Assembly (NCBI GenBank): GCA_951406725.2
Contig: OX597822.1
Location: 992,001-1,056,000, forward strand
DNA: 64,000 nucleotides
Source of the DNA: Octopus vulgaris
Lineage: Eukaryota
Direction of reading: 5' to 3'
The notes beneath the pieces were generated by a model that did not search any database, was not told the DNA's origin, and was given only the letters and a program-made list of their open reading frames with translations. Made by a program: the position numbers and the translations under genes. Below, piece by piece: positions 1 through 10,807 of this stretch; the first letter of the stretch is position 1; every line of letters starts with the position of its first letter.

Positions 1-34
<34 letters not shown>

Positions 35-259
35 TAATACATACACATATATATATATGTATGTTCTCCTTCCCACTCCTAGCTTTCGTTGTCTTTTTCT
101 ATCTCAGTTGATCAAACGCAACGTTACACCAACGCAAATGCCCAAATATGTATATGCACAAAAGCACATTTGTTCACTAATGTCACCGCATATGCAGCAG
201 TGACGCCGAAAAATATATAAATTACAGACATATATATATATATATTGCCCATCTGATAT

Positions 260-318
260 ATTCAACTAACGAAGGCAGAGCTTATTTGAAGCAAAGCTAG
301 AAATCCAGGATCTTGAAT
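260..318 (+). ncRNA. Type I hammerhead ribozyme motif, probably inactive (G5>A)
   Basis: ATTCAA-CTAACGA-[stem II with GCTT/AAGC]-GAAA-TCC A GGA-TC-TTGAAT. Stem I ATTCAA/TTGAAT is perfect, stem III is minimal and palindromic, and the core differs from CUGANGA only at G5. Confidence 0.6.
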
Positions 319-550
319 TATTCACTAATATCTTTTTGCCAGTTTATTTTGTCTCTCTGTCTTATCTCATGGTGCGATGTGAACATTTAAGGTGGTTTCT
401 AGAGTCAGGGATTTGACTGCTATTTCGGAATGGTGGTGTCTCTCAGATACTCTTATTTACAGTTGTAAAAAATTATTACCTTTGTATGGTATTTATTCCC
501 ATGCTGGCCACTTGATAGTATCGATATTTAAATATCGATATTATCCTTAT

Positions 551-676
<126 letters not shown>

Positions 677-1162
677 AATACACTTCCATTCACTTTAAAT
701 GTCTCACTAAAGCATTCTTTAAAGTTGTAGAATCTAATTTCCCACGTAACCACAACCACCATTCTATCTTTAACAGATTCAACAGATTCACTTTGAAATT
801 ATCCTAATCATCTACACCAAATATAGAATCTATTATTACCTCATGTAACAAACGTAAACCTAGCTCTTACTATCTAAATGCATAAACCCTACCATAGACC
901 TTACACAATGAAAACACTAACACTGATCGCAATGGTGTATCTAATACTCTTGGCCAGACCAATTTAAACAACTTCAACATACGTAATTACCCACGTCGGA
1001 GGGTAATGGGCGCACGGCTGAAACCGACGCAACCACTAATAGGCATACTGATACTAACAATACTAATCATATAATCACTACAAGAAAAAATTCCTATACT
1101 TCAACTACTAATAGGACTAGCAATAATATTGATACTAGCACCAACGGCAATATTACCATTAC

Positions 1163-1166
1163 TGAA

Positions 1167-1234
<68 letters not shown>

Positions 1235-1351
1235 ATAACTACTACTACTACATAGCTACTAGTTGTTGCAATAATAACATCACCTCCACTACCACTGCTA
1301 ATATTAACACTACTACCAACTCAATGCTGCTACTGCCGCTGCCGCTGCTGT

Positions 1352-1382
<31 letters not shown>

Positions 1383-1383
1383 G

Positions 1384-1449
<66 letters not shown>

Positions 1450-1473
1450 TTTATTATTATTATTATTATTATT
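1163..1473. repeat. (CTA)n and (ATT)n trinucleotide tracts inside the Penelope-like linker
   Basis: Direct reading; source of the poly-L/poly-I ORF 1129..1743. Confidence 0.95.
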
Positions 1474-1652
1474 ATAGAGATATCGATAACGGTTATGACG
1501 ATAATTATAGCAATGGTAATACTGGCGTTGATATTAATACTACAAATGACGACAATAATAACAGCAAAATCACGAACGATTTACCTAATACTACCCCAGC
1601 CACTACCAGCAACACCTCATCTCTCTCCCCAAGTAACCATCGTAGAATTGAT

Positions 1653-2090
1653 AGCTGCAACTATAGATCTGGGACAGACTGCTCGCTGCAAGCCCAATGC
1701 AGAAGATTCAATGTCGTATACCAATGCACCGTTCACAACATAGCAAATAACTCCTATAGCTACTACATTGGATCTAACTCAAATTTTAAACAAAGATATT
1801 ATGCACATTTAAACACCTTTAAATATAAAGAGAATAATCATTTTCGCATCACTAGCCAGCCATGTACACCATTTAATTAATAGAAGAATACAATATAGAC
1901 TTTCCTGGTCTATAATAGACTTTGGTATCCCATATCAGGGCCAGCACTCCATTTGTGGACTCTGCTTAAACGCAGCCCTCAAAAAATTTAACCCACTACT
2001 CACCACAATTGCTTAATAAACACAACGAAGCCTTCACAACCTGTAAGCGCAAATTCTTCTGTACTTTTAAATTCTTTCATAAAATTAAAT
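1653..2090 (+). pseudogene. GIY-YIG endonuclease domain of the Penelope-like element (two frameshifts)
   Basis: SCNYRSGTDCSLQAQCRRFNVVYQCTVHNIANNSYSYYIGSNSNFKQRYYAHLNTFKY / ASLASHVHHL..LSWSIIDFGIPY..CGLCLN / LLNKHNEAFTTCKRK. Contains VVY...YIG plus the CxLC and LLNKxxE motifs; frameshifts near 1843 and ~2000. Confidence 0.85.
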
Positions 2091-2265
2091 GTAAGTCCAC
2101 CCCCACCCCAAATAACACCCACATACAAACTTCTATGATCATTAACACATTCCTCTCTATATCTCTCCTATCAACCTTACCGCATCACATTAAACCTTAA
2201 CCTAATAAAAACCCTTATATTTAATTCTAACTCCTACTCCTAAATATTTTAACATCCAATGCATT

Positions 2266-2600
2266 TTGTGTGTGTGCATGTGTGCGCGTGTGTATGTGTG
2301 TGTGCATGATTCTGTGTGTGAACGAGGGGTTGTGTGTGGAGGTATATGTGCGTTTTTTGCGCGTCTATGTACATACGTGTGTGTGTATGTGGGTGTGTGT
2401 GCATTTGTGCGTGTGTACGTGTGTGCGCGTGTGTGTGTATGCGTGAGTATGTGTGTGTGTTGTGTATATGTGTGTGTGTGCGTGTATGTATAAATTGGGC
2501 ATGTGCATTTGCTGTGTGTATGTGTGTGCGTGCGTGTATGTGTGTGTGTGCGTGTATGTATAAATTTTGCGTGCGTGTGTGCGTGTGTATGTGTGTGATA
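2266..2600. repeat. Degenerate (TG/CG)n microsatellite
   Basis: Direct reading. Confidence 0.9.
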
Positions 2601-2604
2601 TATA

Positions 2605-3064
<460 letters not shown>

Positions 3065-4429
3065 TCAGATGAATATGGTACTTAAGAATCTAGTACGGTA
3101 TTGTCCATACAATTTCAAAGTAAGGGGATTCAAATCAAAATAAGCAACAATGATATCCAGAGGTAATGCAGTACGATCGTTTCATGTAACTCCGTTTAAT
3201 TGAACACTACAATCATTACATCAATTTAAAATGCAGAGCAATGTTCAGCTACACAAAGACATAGAATTTAATTAAATTAGAACAGATGGACATATTAGTA
3301 TAATTATACCTAAAATCTTCAAGAAGTTAAGGAGATTAACAAAGAACATGCTGTCCCAACTCCAGTTTAGAAGTTACTGAATTTTTCAAGAACATATACA
3401 TTGTTACAGACTCTGACTGTTACTGATTTTTTTTGCTTTTATGGGGTCAGTTTTAATTTATAGACTAGTTTATCAAATCCCTTTTATATCTGAGGCTGAG
3501 AGAACAGAGGACAGTATCTGTTAGGAGTAGGGCTGAGGGAGCAGACAGACATCATAGTTGGTATAGTCATAACAATCAAGACTTATAAGAAGCGATATCA
3601 TGAGGTTTGGTAAAGGAAAACGTGAAACAAGATGTTAGCTGGGTGTTCTGCCCTACAGGATTATTTTATTTTATTTCTTTATTATTTTATATTAGCCTTT
3701 ATATATTTATAAAAATTTATCCAATTTTTGTATCTCTATAAGTTCATACTTAGCTTATATAAAACTATACTGGTATATTCACTACTTATAAAAAAATGCT
3801 GCATAGATCCTAGTTTTATTAATACATAATTAGCATGTTCCTTTACCTTAATACTCCTTTATTAATACCAGTATATACCAATTAATCAATATTCACAGTT
3901 ACCATCTGATGAGTTAGAATTTAAGTGTACAATATGTATAAATATTAAACTATTTCTGGATAATTACTTTTCCTCCCTCTATTGTGGTAAAAGTTGGGTA
4001 TATACTCAAAAGTATTCATAAATTTCTATCCTTTTGTTATAATATTCTTCTTAATAATCCTTTGAATAACCCTAAACTTTAAATGTATACAATATAGCAA
4101 CATTGTTTAAAATATTTAACTATAGTACTGCATGATAAAACGTCCCTTGTTTCATTATCGATGGTCTGCTAGTGGGTGATCCCCTAAATTATCAGCTGGT
4201 GATATGATAGTTTGACGAAAAGTGAGTGTGTGTGTGTGTGTAAGAAAACACATATTTACTGACAGAAAAAGTTGCTATTAAAATAAATTTACAGGAAAAT
4301 TAATGGCTTAAATGCATCCATTTTAAGTTGTCTTTTATTTATACTGGACAGTATAATGGTTACTTTTTCTGCATAAATTTACTAAAACCATAAAATATTT
4401 AACTACTTGTTGAAGTCTGTCGTTCATAC

Positions 4430-5366
4430 TGGTAAACACGGTCCAAGCTATATTTTGCATTGCTTGGAGTTTCTACCTATCGCAATGGAACACCATTGAC
4501 ATACATAGTAATATGGATATTCCTGACTGAAAAAAATGTAAAGATGTGGATAATCTTGAGTGTATGTTTTTATTTTTGTCTCTTCATTACTAGGCACAGT
4601 TTAAGATTTGTCGAATTGTTTTCGCCAATTTCGAACATTGGCTTCAATAACATTAAAATGCTTTCCAGCAGCTCTATTTCCACATCCAAATGCATATTCA
4701 ACATATTTAATTTCTCCCTTGCGGTAAACGATTCATAAGTTCTGCCTATACTGACAATAATGGTAATGACAAATTTTAAAGTTTGCTTGACATTTTATAA
4801 GTGTGAAAGGGATCAAAATTTCGATACCTCGTATCAAATATTCCGACATGGATAGGCGGAAAAGAATCCTGTTTACATATTCAGCTGGAACGATCACCTT
4901 CCTCTATCGGTTGAGTAAAGTGTCGTCCAAGCTGATGTTTATTGGTAATTAGACTTAATTCATTTGCAACACCTCTGCGTATTTATCAGCTTTGTTTTTG
5001 TTGGTAATTCTTATCAACAACATTTCTTGTGATCGTCATTTGAGAAGACAAACAGTAGTATGCTAAAGATCGGACATAATCTCTTGTGGGCAAGAAATGT
5101 AAAATAAGGTTTATTATAAACAACACAAACACTTTTGTAATTTAATAGCTTTCATTGTAATACCTGTTAAATAGAAATTATTTTTAATTAATGAAAATTT
5201 AAGAAAATCTAAACATAAGTAAGTTAAATTATACTAAATAAAAAATTTCCCCTGGCTATATCGACAATTCGGAAAACATTTACATGAATAGAAGCTTTTT
5301 TTAACAAATTTTAACCTGAAAGCACCTGCGTAAATTAAACAGATGCGCAAGTTACTTGGGTTTTAC

Positions 5367-5368
<2 letters not shown>
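4430..5368 (-). mobile_element. Degenerate pogo/Tc2-like DNA transposon (5' part)
   Basis: Minus-strand terminus TA|CCGTAAAACCCAAGTAACTTGCGCA at ~5368. A frameshifted BrkDBD/HTH-like peptide (ESFTAREKLN / VEYAFGCGNRAAGKHFNVIEANVRNWRKQ) lies at ~4615-4740. Left boundary uncertain. Confidence 0.65.
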
Positions 5369-5406
<38 letters not shown>

Positions 5407-5451
5407 CTGTAGTTTCAGCTCATAGCTGCGGCCATGCTGATGCACTGCCGT

Positions 5452-5494
<43 letters not shown>

Positions 5495-5576
5495 GGTCCC
5501 GGGTTGAGTCGGGGTTAACCACAGTAAATAAGGTACTCAATACATAGCAGAGTAAATTAATTTATTTTATAGAAGG

Positions 5577-5628
5577 AGCTTCTACAGGACTAGAACTGTT
5601 TCATTGAAAAAGAAATCATCAGGAAGCT
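5577..5628 (-). ncRNA. Type I hammerhead ribozyme
   Basis: Minus strand AGCTTC-CTGATGA-TTTCTTTTTCAAT-GAAA-CAG TTCTAGTC CTG-TA-GAAGCT. Core intact, 6-bp stem I, stem III CAG/CTG; stem II weak. Confidence 0.75.
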
Positions 5629-5957
5629 AGGTGACAAGAATAGTTTTGGCATTTATACACTTAGGCAGGTTTAAGGGGGGGAGTTTTGGGGTAGGCATGG
5701 CGCAAACTATCATTCTTAGGGGAGTGGTCAAAGGAATCAGTGATAAAGTAGATAAAAGAATAAATAGAATAATAGAGTTTACATACACATACCCACATAC
5801 ATCCATATACACATGTACATATGCACCCATTTACATACATCTACGTACTCACCCATACCCATACTCATACATACACACAAATATCTACACACATATATAT
5901 GTAAAATAAATAAATATAAAAGAGGATATACACCCCCATACACACACGCTCACATAT

Positions 5958-6001
<44 letters not shown>

Positions 6002-6014
6002 TCATACACACTCT

Positions 6015-6050
<36 letters not shown>

Positions 6051-6765
6051 TATACATACATATATATATATGGTTTTTATTTGACCTCGACCAACGAGGC
6101 CGACACAGAGGTAGGTTTCTCCCAAGGGAGCTTGGCTAGCTGGCTTAAAAAACCATTTATTGCCCCTCTACCTTCCTTTCTATCTTTCTACCCACTGATA
6201 CGAACACAAACACTTACGCACGCACACACACTCACACGCACACCCATACACATACACAGACGCACGTGTTATATTCATACATAAGTATACCGACTTTCAC
6301 ATAAACGTACACATAGCTATGTACACACAAAACCACATATATAAATGTACTTCAGTACACATAAACACACAAGAACATCTGCCCACATATATAGACTCAT
6401 ATGCCTATATACAGACATTTGTGCATATAAACATACATACGCATATATACACATCCATACGCCTTTAAGTACATATTAGCACGCATGCACGCATACACGT
6501 GTACATAAAAGCATACCTACATACGTATGTAGGTGAGTACGTAGATGTATGTAAATGGGTGCATATGTACATGTGTATATGGATGTATGTGGGTATGTGT
6601 ATGTAAACTCTATTATTCTATTTATTCTTTTATCTACTTTATCACTGATTCCTTTGACCACTCCCCTAAGAATGATAGTTTGCGCCATGCCTACCCCAAA
6701 AGTCCCCCACCACCACCCCTTAAACCTGCCTAAGTGTATACATGCCAAAACTATTCTTGTCACCT

Positions 6766-6816
6766 AGCTTCCTGATGATTTCTTTTGAATGAAACAGTTC
6801 TAGTCCTGTAGAAGCT
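6766..6816 (+). ncRNA. Type I hammerhead ribozyme
   Basis: AGCTTC-CTGATGA-TTTC TTTT GAAT-GAAA-CAG TTCTAGTC CTG-TA-GAAGCT. Core intact; stem II TTC/GAA with a U.U first pair; predicted cleavage after A6810. Confidence 0.8.
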
Positions 6817-6824
6817 CCTTCTAT

Positions 6825-6860
<36 letters not shown>

Positions 6861-6861
6861 T

Positions 6862-7100
6862 ATACGCTTACTCTGTACTCTTTTACTTGTTTCAGTCATT
6901 TGATTGTGGTCATGCTGGAGCACCGCCTTTAGTCAAGCAAATCGACCCCAGCGCTTATTCTTTGTAAGCATAGTACCTATTCTATCGGTCTCTTTTGCTG
7001 AACCGCTAATTTACTAGGACGTAAACACATCTGCGTCGGTTGTCAAGCGATATTGTGGGGACAAACACAGACACACAAACATATACACACACATACATAT
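6862..7100 (-). mobile_element. SINE 3' half with CR1/L2-like tail
   Basis: Minus strand ends GGCGGTGCTCCAGCATGACCACAATCAAATGACTGAAACAAGTAAAAGAG. Related tail stubs occur at ~5405-5450, ~34100-34150, ~47435-47480 and ~60290-60340. Confidence 0.7.
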
Positions 7101-7102
7101 AG

Positions 7103-7848
7103 TCTACCACTTTCACCCTCCGCAAAATATCCCAAATTTTATTTAATTTGCCTTGCGGGAAGGACTGTTTCAATGAAGTCGCGTATTGTCCTTGCCTTCG
7201 GAACGCGGAGTAGATGAACCAGGGACAACTGAAGAAGGGGCATATTTTTTATGTTGCATATCCCGTTTCCCTGTTTTTTTTTCGTTGTTCGAAAAAAGAT
7301 TCGTTTCTATGTTTTTGTGCTCATGTTTTCGTTTCTCATTGTGTTCAAAATTTTTTTTTATGTGCTGTACCCATATATGCATGTATATATACATATATAT
7401 ATATATATGTAGGTATATACATATATGTCTGTTATATATGCATATATTTATCTATTCTTTATATTATTATATGATCGAACGCCATGCGTCCTTTTTCAAG
7501 TAAGTTTTATCTTAATAATTACGATGCATACTCTTCTTTCTCTACTATCTCTTATCTGTCTATCTCTCTCCTCTTGTTCTTCATCCTTTCTGGTTTTCTC
7601 TCCCACCCTTCCATATTCTTCTCCTCTCCTCTTCACCGTTCCTTCTCTCTCACTCATCCTCGACTCTCCCGTCGCTGACACGTGACGAAAGACAATCTAC
7701 CTTTCTACCCACAGCTTTTGTAAAGACTAAACGTGCTTCTACTGTCTCCTCTCATAAGTTCGTCTTCCTAGCGTTCATAATAATTTTTCTATCGTCTTGA
7801 CTTAACAGCCCTCACCGTTTGTTTTTACTGTTTTGTTCTCACTGTCCT
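7103..7848 (+). repeat. ~750-bp dispersed repeat (copy 1), unclassified
   Basis: Blocks match the reverse complement of 35600-36200, with a short piece at ~41455-41525. Contains an internal hairpin (TGTTTCAAY...GWTGAA). Confidence 0.85.
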
Positions 7849-7849
7849 G

Positions 7850-9210
7850 TTTTGGAGTCCTCCGTCTCCTCAGCCGCCTCTTCTACAGCGGTCTCAAATT
7901 ACTGCTCCAGGACTCCGCCTTGCTCTCGGGGACATTTCTTCTTTATATGGCCAGGCTTCAGGCACCGATGATACCTGGCGGGGTCGACCCTCAAGAATCA
8001 CCGGGTACCTGCACCCGGCCATTTTCAAAAAATCTGGCATAACCAGATTCATGGCTGATTGGGTCCACAGGGTCAAAACAGCTTTTGACCCAACCCAATC
8101 AGCATCAGGAAGAATTTTCACATTGAGGAGCCTGGCCCCGCTGCCACCCAGACCCCGACGGATAGTATCCTCTATCCACTGGGGTTCAATTCCGGGTGGC
8201 AATTTTTATTCCCACAATAAGTGGGAAGAAACAAAATTTCTTTGCCCTCAACGGGTTGGCTTGCAAAACTGCAAGCTTCCTGTGGGGTGTCAAACAGCAA
8301 CCACACCGTTGCATGTTTGACTCCCCTAGAGATATACTTAATGGTTGGCCAAATCCTGCTCCGTCATCTGCTTGGAGAAGACGGTAATGGTGTCGAAAAC
8401 CTTCGAATAAGTTCTCAACACCACCGTCCTCTCCTCTTGCTATCTGAGCCACTCCTTAGGTGGGACAGTCTCCCACTCTACAATCTTATCCGTATTTTTT
8501 TGCCATGTTTTAAATTTAAAAACAAAGAAGTTTAAAACAATAGTTCACAAAAAAAGAAAAGAGTGAATTCAAAATGAAACAAAAGGGAAGAAGGAAAAAG
8601 CAAACAGGTCAATAAAAAAATGTCACAATAGAAGAAAACAACAGTTCAAAAAAAATAAAATAGGAAACAAAATCTTCTGGGCATTCAGGTACTCCAAGCC
8701 CTATGGTACTCCAATTAGAACCTGGGCTGCTCCACTTGAAATACAGCTTTCCAACGTAGTTGTAAACTACACACTATTTACAAAAAGCGAACGACTTTTG
8801 GTGGCAGGATTCGTCACCAAACTATACTTCTCACAACGAGAAAAAATTTTCACTTCATGTTAACACTTGAAATACAGTTTCCAATAATGGTAAATGTTGT
8901 TGTAAAAACATACACATTTAAAAAGTCAAATTTCTTGGCGCAGACAATTTTCACACCAAAACTTTTCTGGAGGGGTTAGAGTTAGGGTTAGCCCCCATCA
9001 AAAAAAGAACAAACACAATTCTCACTATAAAGTGAGACTTTTTGTACGACCACCGGCAAACAAATGCCTGGAACCCAGTGGAGACACTTATTCGAAAAAA
9101 AAAAAATTCAATGTAAACAATAGCTCCCACTAAGCTCCCAATAAGGACAAATACCTTACCTGTGGTCGTACGTCAACTTTTTCAATTTTTCAGGACGGCT
9201 TCACATCAGT
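7850..9210 (-). mobile_element. 5' UTR plus ORF1 (gag-like) of an L1/Tx1-like non-LTR retrotransposon, degenerate; ORF2 absent
   Basis: ATG at ~8506. Frameshifted MAKNTDKIVEWETVPP..; RRM-like YISRGVKHATVWLLFDTPQEA; PPGIEPQWI..PVILEGRP followed by the degenerate CCHC knuckle YHRCLKPGHIKKKCP (~7930-7975). The clade call is an inference. Confidence 0.65.
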
Positions 9211-9257
9211 CATAACAGTTCTTGTTCATGGAAGTAACTAACAAACACTCCTATACC

Positions 9258-9373
<116 letters not shown>

Positions 9374-9560
9374 TGTGTGTGTATGTGTGTGTATAATTTG
9401 ATGACTGGATTTTGACGAAAATAAACTTTCTCTCTAGGCTAGAGTGTGCTGTCTCTTTATTGATGAGAAATTCAAATAAAAGTTTAAGAAAGTTCAAATA
9501 CAAACTATTTTGATTTCTAATTTATAATTTTCATTTCCTAATTTTTGACTTTGAATTTCT

Positions 9561-9603
9561 AAAATTTGATAAGATGGACATACGCATTGAAACTGGTAAT
9601 ATT
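9561..9603 (+). ncRNA. Decayed minimal hammerhead-like motif
   Basis: AAAAT-TTGATAA-GATG gacatacg CATT-GAAAC TG GTA-ATATT. Topology is complete but there are two core substitutions. Confidence 0.4.
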
Positions 9604-9781
9604 CTATACTTAATGTAACATTTATAAAAACACGTATCCTGTCCGATTAAAGAAAAAGAAAAAAAGAATCTCTAAGATACCTCTGCTCTCTTTCCACTTT
9701 TACTTTTTACCTATAACCTTTGTGTGGATTCCTAACTTCTTTTCAACTATATATATGGACACACACACACGCGTACATACG

Positions 9782-9822
<41 letters not shown>

Positions 9823-10191
9823 GCACGCACGCACACACACACACACATTAATATTCGCTGGGTTTCTTTTGGTTTCCATCTTCTTAGTCTACTCTTAAGG
9901 CCGTCTTCTAAGGGTATTTACCCAGTCTTTCTGCTATTTCCACAGCTGTACAGCGTTTGAAATCTACTTTCTTGCCTGTAATATTCCAAATATATTCGAC
10001 GGTTCCAAAGCTTGTTTATAATATATATACATACATACATATTTATATGCAACTTATAAACAAGGGCAAAAGAAAAAAATTTCTAATGCCAAATATGCCG
10101 AAACTAGACACATCGTCCATAACCATATAATTCATCACCAGAAGCACGCGTCTCGAGGAAAGCCGACAGAAATTTCTAAAAAATTCCGTTA

Positions 10192-10252
10192 TTACCATAT
10201 CGGACCCGATTTCAGAGTTAATTCATAAGAAGCTTCTCTTCGTCAGTGATAA
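10192..10252 (-). ncRNA. Type I hammerhead ribozyme
   Basis: Minus strand TTATCA-CTGACGA-AGAG[18 nt]CTCT-GAAA-TCGG GT CCGA-TA-TGGTAA. Core intact and all three stems pair; the 2-nt loop III is near-palindromic (dimer-type). Confidence 0.82.
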
Positions 10253-10761
10253 ATGCGGTAAAGAAATAAATGAAATACTTACTTATACCCATGGAAGAAG
10301 CAAACACTAAGTCATGAGCACAATTAAGTACCCCAAATATATCCAAAATAGAAATTCTCCAGCCCATTCGAGACACGTGCGATTCGAACTAAAAACTCTC
10401 ATACTTTTTGGATGCGATATTTCTTTATAAAATGAAGTCAAGCAACACCTCTATCCATGGCCTGACTACTTTTCGGATATCTGATGAGTAATGTTAGGAG
10501 TACCTCTGGATGGACAAAAATATATTCTACGTTGTCTTGTAATAACAGTTGTGTAACTAAGAAATTTTACACCTGGCTAAAAATAAGGACCTTGGAACTC
10601 ACTGCGTGCAATAAATAGGTTTCTCATATTGAGTTTCCTGCATCACGATCCACTGGATCCTCGATTTCAGGCAGAAAGCTACTAACTACTTGAAACGAAG
10701 ACAACGGGACAGAATTGATAGAGCTTGAAATCAACTTTAAATGGACAGCATCTGCCTGTAT

Positions 10762-10807
10762 ATATATATATGGGACAAATACACTGGAGAGGACAAATAC
10801 ACTGGAG
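10762..10807. repeat. 18-bp tandem repeat x2.5 (GGACAAATACACTGGAGA)
   Basis: Direct reading. Confidence 0.9.

Larger units (their letters stand above)
5490..6830 (-). mobile_element. Penelope-like pLTR fragment with inverted ~290-bp duplication
   Basis: 5563-5853 is the reverse complement of 6532-6830 (mirrored ORFs 5627..5830/6555..6767). Each arm carries a hammerhead, and both outer ends abut (TA)n. Confidence 0.8.

Noticed and set aside
1129-1743. 204-aa hydrophobic ORF resembling a membrane or secreted protein
   Set aside because: Off-frame reading of (CTA)n/(ATT)n in the Penelope linker; the meaningful frame is the GIY-YIG one.
7205-7270. CTGAAGA with nearby GAAAC as a hammerhead in the 750-bp repeat
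   Set aside because: No GAAA after the putative stem II and no UH triplet in the right place; GAAAC is part of a different hairpin.
10762-10807. CRISPR-like repeat
   Set aside because: Contiguous 18-bp tandem with no spacers, in a eukaryotic context with no cas genes.
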